Part shown: one piece after another, positions 12,901 to 24,513 of the stretch
How positions within the stretch are numbered: the first letter of the stretch is position 1
Layout of the letters: the number at the start of each line of letters is the position of its first letter
Source of the DNA: Phoronis australis
Taxonomy: Eukaryota; Animalia; Phoronida
Reading direction: 5' to 3'
Length of the DNA: 64,000 nt
NCBI GenBank assembly: GCA_002633005.1
Contig: NMRA01000053.1
Coordinates: 1,163,322 to 1,227,321 of the forward strand
Made by a program: the position numbers and the translations under genes
The notes under the pieces: generated by a model
The model's database searches: none
The model's input: the letters and a program-made list of their open reading frames with translations, nothing else
What the model was told of the DNA's origin: nothing

Positions 12901-15900
12901 CATTATATCTTTCAGAATCTCTATCTGGGCTGGGACACAATCAATACTACCCATTATATCTTTCAGGATCTCTATCTGGGCTGGGACACAATCAATTCTA
13001 CCCATTATATCTTTTAGGATTTCTATATGGGCTGGGACGTAATCAATACTACCCATTATATCTTTAAGGGTCCCCATCTGGGCTAGGACACAATCAATAC
13101 TACCCAATCTTTCAGGATCCCCATCTGGGCTGGGACACCATCAATACTACCCATTATATCTTTCATGCTATGAACATTCCCACTTAGTAAAATTGGTTCT
13201 AACCCCAGTGGATAAGGTAAACGGCGGGGTATGGATAATTGAACTAGACCGTATTTATCCACCTTGGCTGAGTCGCACTCGGCTCACGATCAAAGGGATG
13301 CCGCCAAGCTGCTCTAGTCATCGAGTCACGATCGAGGATAATTGGCTTCGCTCATGCGGATATGATCAGCTGATTACAATCTAGCTAGCAGACTGTACTT
13401 TTTATGGTGAGAGTTTTACGTAGTTTTTACTGTAATATTTGAAAAGAGGAGCGAAAACAAATATGAGTACAACTTTGAATTTTTCAAATCGGCCCAGGAT
13501 AAGAGATTTTGCAACACAGCAACACTCACGATTACTTTCATTCGGCGCGCACTAATACAAAAATATAGGACCCAAGTTATTTAGATTTTGGAACACATNN
13601 NNNNNNNNNNNNNNNNNNNNNNNNNNNNNNNNNNNNNNNNNNNNNNNNNNNNNNNNNNNNNNNNNNNNNNNNNNNNNNNNNNNNNNNNNNNNNNNNNNNN
13701 NNNNNNNNNNNNNNNNNNNNNNNNNNNNNNNNNNNNNNNNNNNNNNNNNNNNNNNNNNNNNNNNNNNNNNNNNNNNNNNNNNNNNNNNNNNNNNNNNNNN
13801 NNNNNNNNNNNNNNNNNNNNNNNNNNNNNNNNNNNNNNNNNNNNNNNNNNNNNNNNNNNNNNNNNNNNNNNNNNNNNNNNNNNNNNNNNNNNNNNNNNNN
13901 NNNNNNNNNNNNNNNNNNNNNNNNNNNNNNNNNNNNNNNNNNNNNNNNNNNNNNNNNNNNNNNNNNNNNNNNNNNNNNNNNNNNNNNNNNNNNNNNNNNN
14001 NNNNNNNNNNNNNNNNNNNNNNNNNNNNNNNNNNNNNNNNNNNNNNNNNNNNNNNNNNNNNNNNNNNNNNNNNNNNNNNNNNNNNNNNNNNNNNNNNNNN
14101 NNNNNNNNNNNNNNNNNNNNNNNATTATCATTTTATGGCCTGGTCATCCATTCAGCCAAAAGTAGTTCCAGAGGTGGCTTATCAGCCAATTATTCAGGCA
14201 TGCTGACTCACAATAGAAGCCTGATAAGAGTGAAGGTGGATAAATGCGGTGTTCCTACAGTTTCTTGTTTTAGTGGATGTGTTCACGACATGCAGGATCC
14301 CCATCTGGGCTGGGACACAATCAATACTACCCATTATATCTATCAGGATCCCCATCTGGGCTGGGACACCATCAATACCACCCATTATATCTTTCAGGAT
14401 CCCCATCTGGACTGGGACACAATCAATACTACCCATTATATCTTTCAGGATCTCTATCTGGGCTGGGACGCAATCAATACTACCCATTATATCTTTCAGG
14501 ATCCCCATCTGGGCTGGGACACAATCAATACTACCCATTATATCTTTCAGGATCCCCATCTGGGCTGGGGTCATCATTACTGGTGCTGATACGTTTACCT
14601 TCCTGTTCTTGGAGAGTGCTGGCCTCCGTAAGTTGGAGGCTCTCTTCGGTGCTTTCATTACTGTAATGGCCGGCTGTTTTCTGTACATGGTATGTTGTGC
14701 AAAGTAGCTGTGTTTACTCTGGTTGTGGAATCTTTGTGAATGCACCCTGTATAATTGTATGTTGGGTTAGCCTTTGACCCTTTGAGTTAAAGCAATGTTA
14801 CCCCTATTGATGACTTACAAACACGAGGCATGGCTGTGATCTCTCTTCACTTCTCTACAGTCTGTGGTGTAATAATTAATATATTGCATGTTTTAATACT
14901 AGCGAATCATGAAGCAAGTTACTAGAATTTTTCTAAATGTGAACTGAAAATGACCCGAGTTCAGCGGTCCAAATGGTCTGTCTGGTCTTGTCTATAATTC
15001 ATAATGACATCTCAATTATGTTCATGAAGTTAACAAATTTCTCGATTCTGTGTTGTGTTGTTGTTGCGGTGCTCCGATCTGTCGCTTACACTGGCAATGT
15101 GTGTGGGCCTCTCATATGCATGTGGGTTGATCTGACACAATGACTGGTGACTGTTAAACGTTACAGTAAATTAGCTCTGTTGAAGTCGGGTTGACTTGGG
15201 GGCTTCCATGATAGGATCGGCAGCTCCTTATTGTCTTTGCAGCATTCTAGGATTTCACTGTCAAAGGCCGCGTTACTGTCAGGAACTTTTTTCTCCGGTT
15301 AAAAGACTAGATTTTTTGGAATAATTGTCTGGTCATAGTGTTTGGATCATGACCTGATGAGTTTTATGGTCCATAGATGCTCAGAACTGGAAATTTAGTC
15401 TGTATTAACATCCCATGTCTTCTGAAGACCACTCTGATTTGGTTATGTCATTCTGTCACAGCTTGCGTCAAGAAAAAATAAAAAATGCTCATCATTGACC
15501 TTCATGAGTGTACCATACACCTAATGCTCATTCTTCTGAGGATGCTGTAGTACCTGAAGATGGCCAGAGAAATGACTGACTGAAACATCGTCCAATTATG
15601 ATTGGATGTGTCAGACTGGCTCAGCCCACCAACTGGACCTTAGTATTTCACGTTTGCTTTGTTCATTATCACGCTAGGAAGAGCTCATGAAGACTGATGA
15701 CATACAATTTAGCTCAATCTTAAGTCATATTTTTTCATGGGTTTGAAGAATATATTCACTGTAAGGGAGACAAAAATCACTTCAAAATTGAATGTTGAAT
15801 ATGGGACTTCCCTCAAAGTATTCTTGGAAGAAGGATAAACAAGCTTCTGAAACAGTAACTTCAATTTACATTTCTGAATTACTTAATCCATAGAGCTTGC

Positions 15901-18900
15901 TCTATTGGAAAAGTTGGTTACTATAACTACAAATAGTGGAGTTTGTGCAAATCATCACCATAACACTGTTCAGCTGAAAGTTGAGAGACAAAGATGTGTA
16001 GTGTTACCTGAATGAAGATTAAACTAGTAAAATAATTTGTTAAAAACCTTGCCCATCTGAACAGCTTTGCATCCTTTTTAACTGTTCAGGTACAAAACCA
16101 ATCGACATTCTATTGTGTTAGACCTTTCACTTTAGACCTGATGATCAGTTTAATTAGGTTTTGACAGATTTCGCTAACGTTTGAACTGCCATTGTTTCCT
16201 AATATCTTGTGTGCTAAATTGTGCCAAACAGTTAAGTTTCTTATTTTAGGAGAACAAGTAACTGCTAAAAGAGACATTTATCATTTCTGCAATGTGACCC
16301 TGTCTAATTTTGGCAAATAATGTTTAATGACTCTGGCACTATGCAAATTGACTGAACTTATGTTGTAGAATGATGGTATAGTTTAATATTATAAAAATCT
16401 CACTTAGACTATGTTGTGCCAAAAATCAAAATTAAAGAAGTTATAACATAGAAAGTAAAATAAACCCATGTGGTGTTTCATATTTTGATATAGCTAATGA
16501 TTGCAACAGTTTAAATTATTATTTTGATAGTAATTAAATGTAGATGGATTCCGATTTCAAATTCAAAGGATGCTAACCACGTGTACTTGTATTTGCTAGA
16601 GCTGTTTGTAAGCGTCATTAATTTGACAGTTGTTTTTATTTCACTTTGATATTCCTAAATTAGTTGAGCCTGTAGTGGTCTTCTCCTTGTGTCACCAGTT
16701 TTCCTTGTAGTATATTACAGTTGTGCCAAACCAAGGCGACATTCTGATTGGACTGTGGTTTCCGTGGTGTCAGGACTGCGACAAAAGTGCCATCCAGCAG
16801 CTAGTGGGCATTGTTGGTGCTGTAATCATGCCGCATAATATATATCTTCACAGTGCTCTGGTGTTGGTGTGTATCACGAAGCCACAATATTGACACAGTT
16901 GAGACAATATATTTTGTCAGAGCATTTCTTGTAAACATGGGGGTTGATGTTCATGCTTATAAAACCATGCATTACATTCTGTAATCATTTAATTATTATT
17001 AGGTGACTGAGTAAAGCCCTTGAGGCTGGGGTTGTGTGGTGAATATTATATATTTTAGATTTTGTATTCACTGGCACCCTTATGTCACTGTAATAAATAA
17101 ATAATAATAATTCAGCAAGTTCTTTGATCTCTTGGGTCTGAGGATATCAATTTTGAAGGTCATAGCTGGCCAGGCATCTGTCTGGCTCGGCCTAAGCACT
17201 AGTGTTTGGTTAAGTGCCCACCTACTATTACACAAAATTTCCGTTTTAATTGGCCATCCCTCAGTTACACACCCCCCAGAATTCCAGCTGCTGTAACTTA
17301 TAGAAAAATATTTAGATTACACTCCTAAGCACCATTGAGCTCCTATTGGTCTAGACTTTATTTAAAAATTGTCTCACTTCAGATATAGTATACATGTGTG
17401 CTAACAAATACACGTTCTCTCATTTAGTCCCGGGACTTAAACAGAGGACAGAAAGACAAAATTGAGGAGGCTAATTTCTATTATGCCATTGAATCTGGTA
17501 AGTATTAGGAACTTTCTTTGATTGGAGGTTTCTTCTGTGCCAGGATAATCAGATGTTTACCAAAGTTGAACCTTGGCAAATTTTTTGATCTGTCGAAATG
17601 TGTCATTGTACTACATGCAGTTAGACTAGTCTTGTGTTGACCTTATGTATTGTCTCAGTTTTGCACTAAAATTTGGTCGTAGACCAGGGCCCAATCAGTT
17701 ACATTTTGTAGTGGATCTCAGGTGTTATCAAAGATAGTTTAATGTCAGCTAGGTTGCAAAATGTTGTAAAAACATACTGACTAGTATAAAGTGCGTTATG
17801 TTGAACCTCTAATTGTCCTATTTGGTTTTTTCAGCCATTGCACTCTTTGTGTCGTTTCTCATCAACTTGTTTGTTGTCGCCGTGTTCGCCAAGGCTTTCT
17901 CAGCTGGATCGGGCTATGATCCAGACTCGGCCAGTCTCAGTGTGGCTGTAAGTGTGCGTCAGACACAGACGCCCATTTGCGTTAAATACTCAGATGTGTA
18001 TGGTGTAGATTTTCTAAAATTAATCAACGGGCAGAGGATTACGGAAATCGTGCTAAGAAATGACTAATTTTAATTCGTTGTTATTTAAGTCCACTCCATT
18101 TCTGGCTTAGTAGGTCCAGTAGTGTCCAAACATAGACTTTTACAAAATTAATGCAGCCCTCAATCACACGACCAGTCAATCACTACTTACATGTACTTGA
18201 GAGGTATTGTCTCCACATCCAGCCTCATGCATCATGTTTGGATTGTAAAAAGCATGGCACTTTCTTGTAACATCAAGTATCAAAACCAATGCCAGGCGAC
18301 AATTTCTGCTTTTGATAATATCTTCTGCTTTCCTTGCTCACATTTGTCTCTTTCCCGAACTTTTGAGTGGACTCACGAAATGTCGATTTCCGTGTTCTTT
18401 GACAGTTCTGGGTGAGCTGACTTGTGGACGAAGCAATCTTTCCACTAGTGACTGACTTCTTAAAAGTTATTAATTTTGATTAACACTAGGTTAATGCTAA
18501 GGTATGTTGAATTGTTTGACTGAGCCATTCTCTAAATTCCGCATATGCACACATTTAGTCTGAAATGGGAAAACCTCACCAATTTTGGACAATATGACTG
18601 ACAAGGAAAATGTATTTTTTCCTTCTTTTCTTATTCAAGTATACAGAATGAAAATTAGGCTTTGCCATGTTCAAGTTCTGCATCATTGTTACTAACGTAC
18701 AGTGTTGTACAAATGTGCGACCATTCACAAAATTTTACGTGGGCAATAATGACTACTGTTCCAAACTGGGGGTGAGATTTTAGCGATACATATTTTGCTC
18801 TGCCTCCTAAGCATCACCAAGTATACTTAATTTTGTGTATGACTTGTACAGTGGCAGGTCATGCATTGAGTGTTTTGTGTATTTTTACCGGCCCTTTTAC

Positions 18901-21900
18901 TTTAATTGTGACCAAAGATGAAAACATGCAAAGTACATGTACAAAGCTGGGCTAAAGATTCTGAACAGATGTGAGCTAGTGTCGCTTGAAGTCAGAGATT
19001 ATTGTTCAATTGTTTTTCATTCTGGTAATTTTGGCAAAACATATGGGAATTTCTCTCACATGTCTTGCAATAATTAAACTCGTGGTGGACATTATCATTC
19101 ATCCACGTAAATTTACTAGATGCGCAAAAGCGTTAATCAATTCTGGAACTTACAGTAAATGTTGCGGAGCCGCTTGGTTTCTTCTATTGGTTATTGATGA
19201 CTGACAGGTTCCCATTGATTACAGACTGAACCTATTAGCACTTATATCTGGATTTTCGAAATTGAATTACCACAGACTGTACAATAGTTTTCAAGAGAAA
19301 GGTTTGAATATTGACTGAATTTCAAAAACAGATTGAAAGTTTTGTCAAATTTTGAATTATGAAATGATATTTTTTATCTGATTTCCTACTTGGTTTTTGC
19401 AATAACTTCCGACGAATTTTGATGATCTTCAAGTACGGATCTGGCACACGTGCCTGATTACTGCTCATGCAATACGTTCTTTGCTTTGATTCCGTGACGC
19501 ATTTTTCTCTATGTTTAGGGAGAATGGATTCGCGCCAGCTTCGGTTATGGCATGATGATTGTGTGGGGAGTGGGCATCCTTGCAGCTGGGCAGAGCTCCA
19601 CAATGACAGTAAGCAAACTCTACTCTTGCTTATTTGTTACTTTCTCAATTGTTTTTATGAAAAAATCATTTTATTATTAGTATACGGTCCTTACGACAAA
19701 TTTTGGTGAACTTGCATCATGTCGTTAAACAATTAAATTATAATTCCTTCATTTTTTGTAATTTTTAAGTTTTGACTGAACGTATTTTGAAACTGGAGTG
19801 TACAGTATTATGTAGTTTTGTTATCATTTTCTTTCAGGGTACTTACGCAGGTCAGTTTGTGATGGAGGTTAGTAATTTTAAGATGATAGTAAACATTTTG
19901 CTATTCATACGAACTTGCACCATAAAATTTTGCTGTCTTGTTTCGCTGGGCTGACCCGAAATTACTGGGCATCCATTTTTATGTTCCTGACAAATTCTAG
20001 TCGGGTTTGGTACAAGAAATCACTGACCATCAATTTTTGGCAAAATGATTCATGATTCAGCTGTTATGTAAATTTTGTGCAAAGTGTGCATGTTTGTGGC
20101 TGATTTTATTTTAAGCAAAGCCATGTTGCAAGATGAAAAATGTCAACTCAGACTGGCTGACTATAGTGTACACTTTCAATAAAATCCAAATCTTTAGCTT
20201 GTCATTGTCAGAAAATGGGACACCAAGTTGCAGTGCAGTAACTCACATTGCCCTTATGTTAATTTGAACTTTCCAGGGTTTCATCAACATTCATTGGGCT
20301 AAATGGAAGCGCGTGCTGTTGACCAGGTCTATCGCTATGGTACCCACAATCCTCGTCGCCCTATTGGCTCATCAAAGTCTTGACCTTCTCAACAGTTGGT
20401 TGAACGTTCTTCAGAGTGTCCAGCTGCCATTCGCACTATTACCCATACTGCATTTCACAAACAGTGAGCGTGTCATGGGTGACTTTAAAAATGGGAAGTA
20501 AGTCAATAGCAGGCATTTAGGTAGGCCTATAACAGTTATTCAGCTCATGTAGTTAAGCCTTGGCGTATGATTTTTCATACGATTTGCCCTGCTGCTGTTA
20601 CTCACATTGAGTGTGTCAATAAAACTACGTCAATGGCATGCATTTTAGGCATTTTTGTCCTTCAGGATGTACTGTCATGCTTCTAATAAATATAAGGCAA
20701 TCTGCTTTTTTATTGTTAGTTGTTCAGTACAGAGTTTCCATAAGAATTCTTAGCGACATTTAGTGATGGTGATAGTGGTAATGCTGACAGTTGATGGTGA
20801 TGGGAACTGTTGCGGCCGTGGCAGCAAAGCTGACAGCATCCATCACCATAGTTACAGTTAAGTTCTCCTCTTTGGGATAGTAAAAATGTATTATTTTGCT
20901 CAGAGGTTATCCCAAATTCAAGAATAAATTACTGAAAAAATGGCCAAATTACCCACTCCGTGGATTGAAAACGCATTGTCTAAAATCTTCCGTGCCCCAA
21001 ATTTCAGTAGGAGGAAAATAATGTTTGAGTGAATTTCTGTGTCTCAAATTTTGTAAACTGTCTTAAATTTTGTAGACTGGCCCAAATTAGAGAACTTTCA
21101 CTGTACGCGCTTTGTGGTGATTCAAATGGTAATGATATGCATATACATTTTTGTTTCAGAATGACCCAGGTGGTTGTTTGGTCACTAGCTGCTCTTGTCC
21201 TGGGAATCAATGTTTACTTAATATATTTATTTGCTGTAAGTCAACACAGCTTCTTTTCTACACACTCTACAGTACACAAACTGAAACCTTTGGAAACAAA
21301 TAACCACAAACTATGGCAAAATCTCAATGATCTCGGATGAAAATCATTGCGAACATTGCTGCTGTTTTTTCAGTTTCTTAGCGCTCTATCAGTGTTTTGA
21401 ATGTCAACGACTCAAAATTATGCAGAACATTAAAAATTTAAAGTAAATCACTAAGTTTGTGCTACATAGTGTTAATGAAAAAATGAGAGAACTAAAATTT
21501 GGGACGACCTGTATTGCATATTTCTAAAATTTGACACCAACCTCAAGCAAAATGATTGATTTTCAGCATGACAGTATTTCAGTTAATAATTTTCTTTGTT
21601 TTGCAATTAATATGATTATGTTTTAGTTCTTGAATATATGATTTGTTTCAGTTTGCTGACAGTCAGGCTTGGTATGTTTACCTCATAGCTGGCATGGTCT
21701 TGTTTATTTACTTCCTGTTTGTTATTTACCTGGCAGTGGGTAACTCCAAAATATTGAAACTAAAGGTAAACACAGCTTGTTATAATTGCTCTATGTAACA
21801 TTTGTCAGCTGCATTATGTCACCATGCAGTAATTAAATGCTGTTTACACTATCTTTATGAGAGACTGTTAGTTAAATATTGAGCAACCTTGTTCATTCAG

Positions 21901-22859
21901 GTAACAGAACAGTCAACAAAACCTATATCCATTTGAGCTCTACTTGATATTTCCAGTTTTGATACTAGATTTCAGCGATTTACTTTTCGATGCTTGCATT
22001 CATGTCTTAAAGCCTATGTTGAGTGACAGCGCAATCGTGCAGACTTGGGTCTTAAAACATCCCTCCAATCACTTCAAGACAATATTAGAACCTTGACACC
22101 TTGTATTTCTTCTGTACAAAAACCGCTGTCGCCAAGAAGCCTCCTAGAAGCTCACCATTTGCGGTGCAGTTGTGGGCACCTTTCAATGGTCCACAATGCT
22201 CTCGTTACTGGAAGAAGTGCAAATAAAAATAAACCAATAAATGTTGTTAGGTGTGTAGTTCCACGTTGTACTTCACTACCCTTGGTCAGCATTGAGTCGC
22301 TGTTTTGTCAGGGGCCCAATTTATCAACAAGTCGAAATATTTTACAAACAATGCCCAGGTGTACTGGTGCTAGTCATTTACAGGGGTCCAGAGTTTTGAG
22401 ATCCAATTTGATCCCCCCGTTATTCAGTTGTGGAAACTGGTTCTAAAATCAGAGGGTAATAACTCTGTAAGTGATTGTTATAATTTTACTTACTTTTGTA
22501 GGTTAAAAATGATCCTGCACTGTCTGACTAGGGGTGCCTGACAAGCCAGTCCAGTTTGATCTTCATTAAAGTAGACTTACTTGCAAAATAATGAAGAATT
22601 TCATAAATTGTTCTCCAATGCAGTTGTCATTGCTTCTTTCAATGTGTTCTTGAAGTTCAATCATCTTTATGCTTTTCAGATATGGTTGTGTACAAAGCTT
22701 GGCTGGGACAGTGCAACCTTGGAGGGCGAGCTAGAGGAGTTAAGATCGACCACGTACACGGACCTGCTCTCAGATGAAACTTACCGTCAGTTTGACTGTG
22801 TCGACGACAGCGGAGCTTTCCAGAGTTCTCCAGATGTGTTGGTGAACCAGGCTTGTTGA
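6833..22859 (+). CDS. Nramp: NRAMP/SLC11 family divalent metal (Fe/Mn) transporter, 14 coding exons, ~559 aa
   Basis: Exons 6833-6973, 7320-7442, 8279-8357, 11050-11197, 14551-14689, 16711-16866, 17428-17497, 17835-17947, 19519-19608, 19838-19867, 20277-20497, 21160-21235, 21652-21765 and 22680-22859. All introns are GT-AG with compatible phases (1680 nt total). Hallmark motifs: [23 protein letters not shown] (TM1 DPGN), [15 protein letters not shown] (TM6), [19 protein letters not shown] (conserved transport motif), [14 protein letters not shown]. Confidence 0.97.
7320..7442 (+). CDS. Nramp: NRAMP exon 2 (TM1, DPGN motif)
   Basis: [41 protein letters not shown]; tttcag / gtaatg boundaries. 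Confidence 0.97.
8279..8357 (+). CDS. Nramp: NRAMP exon 3 (TM2)
   Basis: [27 protein letters not shown]; gatag / gtaagt. Confidence 0.95.
9350..9860 (+). repeat. Dispersed repeat (uninterrupted copy); paralogue at 46568-48559 carries three insertions
   Basis: Shared blocks include TCTCTCGTTCAG.GACTT, CAGGCAGGCCAATTATCTACC, ACGATCTTATTGGAGATTAGAGCAATTAT and GGGGTCATCTTCCCAACTT. Confidence 0.85.
11050..11197 (+). CDS. Nramp: NRAMP exon 4 (TM3)
   Basis: [48 protein letters not shown]; tgtag / gtaggc. Confidence 0.96.
12116..12767 (+). repeat. Degenerate ~55-65 bp tandem copies of the 5' part of NRAMP exon 5
   Basis: About 7 copies of (A)TCCCCATCTGGGCTGGGGTCATC..TGGTGCTGAT.. (peptide remnants [32 protein letters not shown]). 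Confidence 0.8.
12434..12491 (-). mobile_element. tRNA-derived SINE head
   Basis: Minus strand GTGGTGCAGCGG (A box) ... GGTTCAAATCCTGG (B box). Confidence 0.55.
12768..14569 (+). repeat. 51-bp minisatellite made of the NRAMP intron 4/exon 5 junction, split by an insertion and a gap
   Basis: Unit ACACAATCAATACTACCCATTATATCTTTCAG|GATCCCCATCTGGGCTGGG; about 8 units at 12768-13163 and 5-6 at 14293-14569; the last unit supplies the real acceptor (14550). Confidence 0.95.
13164..14292. mobile_element. Insertion with imperfect terminal inverted repeats inside the 51-bp array (contains gap)
   Basis: Left end CATGCTATGAACATTCCCACT vs reverse complement of right end CATGTCGTGAACACATCCACT; removing it rejoins TATCTTT^CAGGATCCCC. 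Confidence 0.5.
14551..14689 (+). CDS. Nramp: NRAMP exon 5 (TM4-5)
   Basis: [46 protein letters not shown]; ctttcag / gtatgt; the acceptor is the last unit of a tandem array. Confidence 0.95.
16711..16866 (+). CDS. Nramp: NRAMP exon 6 (TM6, MPHN motif)
   Basis: [52 protein letters not shown]. Confidence 0.95.
17428..17497 (+). CDS. Nramp: NRAMP exon 7
   Basis: [23 protein letters not shown]; tttag / gtaagt. Confidence 0.94.
17835..17947 (+). CDS. Nramp: NRAMP exon 8 (TM7 and short loop)
   Basis: [38 protein letters not shown]; tttcag / gtaagt. Confidence 0.94.
19519..19608 (+). CDS. Nramp: NRAMP exon 9 (TM8, start of transport motif)
   Basis: [30 protein letters not shown]; tttag / gtaagc. 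Confidence 0.95.
19838..19867 (+). CDS. Nramp: NRAMP exon 10 (30-nt mini-exon)
   Basis: [10 protein letters not shown]; ctttcag / gttagt. Confidence 0.95.
20277..20497 (+). CDS. Nramp: NRAMP exon 11 (TM9-10)
   Basis: [73 protein letters not shown]. Confidence 0.96.
21160..21235 (+). CDS. Nramp: NRAMP exon 12 (TM11)
   Basis: [25 protein letters not shown]; tttcag / gtaagt. Confidence 0.92.
21652..21765 (+). CDS. Nramp: NRAMP exon 13 (TM12)
   Basis: [38 protein letters not shown]; tttcag / gtaaac. Confidence 0.88.
22680..22859 (+). CDS. Nramp: NRAMP terminal exon 14 (acidic cytosolic tail)
   Basis: [59 protein letters not shown]; cttttcag acceptor, phase 0. Confidence 0.8.
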   Translation: MWLCTKLGWDSATLEGELEELRSTTYTDLLSDETYRQFDCVDDSGAFQSSPDVLVNQAC

Positions 22860-23037
22860 GGCTTCTTTATATAGGGTCTTCCTGTTCTGATGTTCTGTTA
22901 TGTGGCTCTAGTCTTGTTGAACAGTTATCATTGACACAGAGGTTGATAGATCATTAAGTTGTGTATACAATCGTGTTCTTATTGAGGAGAGTGTGGCTGG
23001 TGTTTATTTTTCGACGGATCTGACTATTGCGTTGCTN

Positions 23038-23420
23038 AGTTCAATCATCTTTATGCTTTTCAGATATGGTTGTGTACAAAGCTTGGCTTGGACAGTGCAA
23101 CCTTGGAGGGCGAGCTAGAGGAGTTAAGATCGACCACGTACACGGACCTGCTCTCAGATGAAACTTACCGTCAGTTTGACTGTGTCGACGACAGCGGAGC
23201 TTTCCAGAGTTCTCCAGATGTGTCGGTGAACCACGCTTGTTGAGGCTTCTTTATATAGGGTCTTCCTGTTCTGATGTTCTGTTATGTGGCTCTAGTCTTG
23301 TTGAACAGTTATCATTGACACAGAGGTTGATAGATCATTAAGTTGTGTATACAATCGTGTTCTTATTGAGGAGAGTGTGGCTGGTGTTTATTTTTCGACG
23401 GATCTGACTATTGCGTTGCT
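23038..23420 (+). other. Second copy (383 bp) of NRAMP last exon plus proximal 3'UTR; probably an unmerged allelic overlap
   Basis: Near-identical to 22654-23036, separated by a single N at 23037; three substitutions seen (W>L, L>S, Q>H); exon copy at 23064-23243. Confidence 0.8.
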
Positions 23421-24513
23421 CCTTGTGGCAATTATAAGTTTTCTTTACATCTGCCTTTGTCAATGTTTACCAAATTCTTAATGTGGATATTGATGAATTT
23501 GGCACACGGTTTCCTATTGATGAAAGGGCGACGGATGGTAATTTTTGGATGGATCTAGCTACTGTGGTTCCTCCTAGTGGCAAAAATATTCATTGCATCT
23601 GCCTTAATATATCCCAAACTCTTGGATGGATCTTGCTTTAATTTACCCAATGTATTCCTAATAAGGAGATCACAATGGATGAACTCAACTATAGTGGAAA
23701 TATTTGAAAAAATGAACACTCCCTTTGTCTTTACCCTTTGTTGTGCACTATGGGTGGCTTGTGTATGGATTCTGTGCACTGCAGTAGTTTATGTCAAAGA
23801 TCTGTATCATGTTGCAACTATAGCAAATTCCGGTGAAGTTCTATCCACTGTGTCATTGCATGGTTGTTGCTTTGTTGAATTTTTCCTTTGTTCCTAGTTA
23901 TTAATGTAGATTTGTGACATTCTTTTGTGTTTTTGAAATAATGATATTGTTAAAAATGCTGTGCCATATTTATGCAATGAATATTCATAATACAGTCTCA
24001 TGGGTGTATTGAGTGAAGGAGTCATTGATAGCCAGTTTGTCAGTTACATATTGGTTGCCATTTGTGGCAGCTTTTCTAGTAGGGACTCGGCTTAGGTCTC
24101 CAAATCTACTGCATAACTGTGGACTTTTGAAAAAAAGGATAATCCTGTCTTACGTTGTTTAATTTGATATAAATGGAGAAGGACCTCTGCGTTGAATTTT
24201 CAATGTTACTGAAGATGTGACTTTTGTTGAGATCTTTTCATGCAGTGTTAAGGATTAAGTCCCTGAGTATTTTCATTTAACTAAGGGCTCAGTTTTTAGT
24301 TAATGTATTTTTTTAGAAAGTGTCAGTAGTCGAAGAGGAGTTGACATAAAAATATAAATATTGACGCTTTGGTGGCCAATGGTGAAATATACAAACACAG
24401 CTAGTCAAGTGCTCTTATGATTGAGCTACTGAGGACCGATATATGTGCAATTACTGCTGCTCATGGGATCTATAACATGACAGCTGGCTGCAAACAGTAA
24501 TTGCACATGTATC

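Noticed and set aside
12776-14745. Repeat ORFs in other frames/strands (QDPHLGWDT.., [12 protein letters not shown].., [12 protein letters not shown]..)
   Set aside because: By-products of the 51-bp unit being open in several frames; only the IPIWAG frame joins NRAMP.
24236-24255. Iron-responsive element (CAGTGT) in the NRAMP 3' region
   Set aside because: Flanks do not form the 5-bp upper stem and there is no bulged C at the required position.
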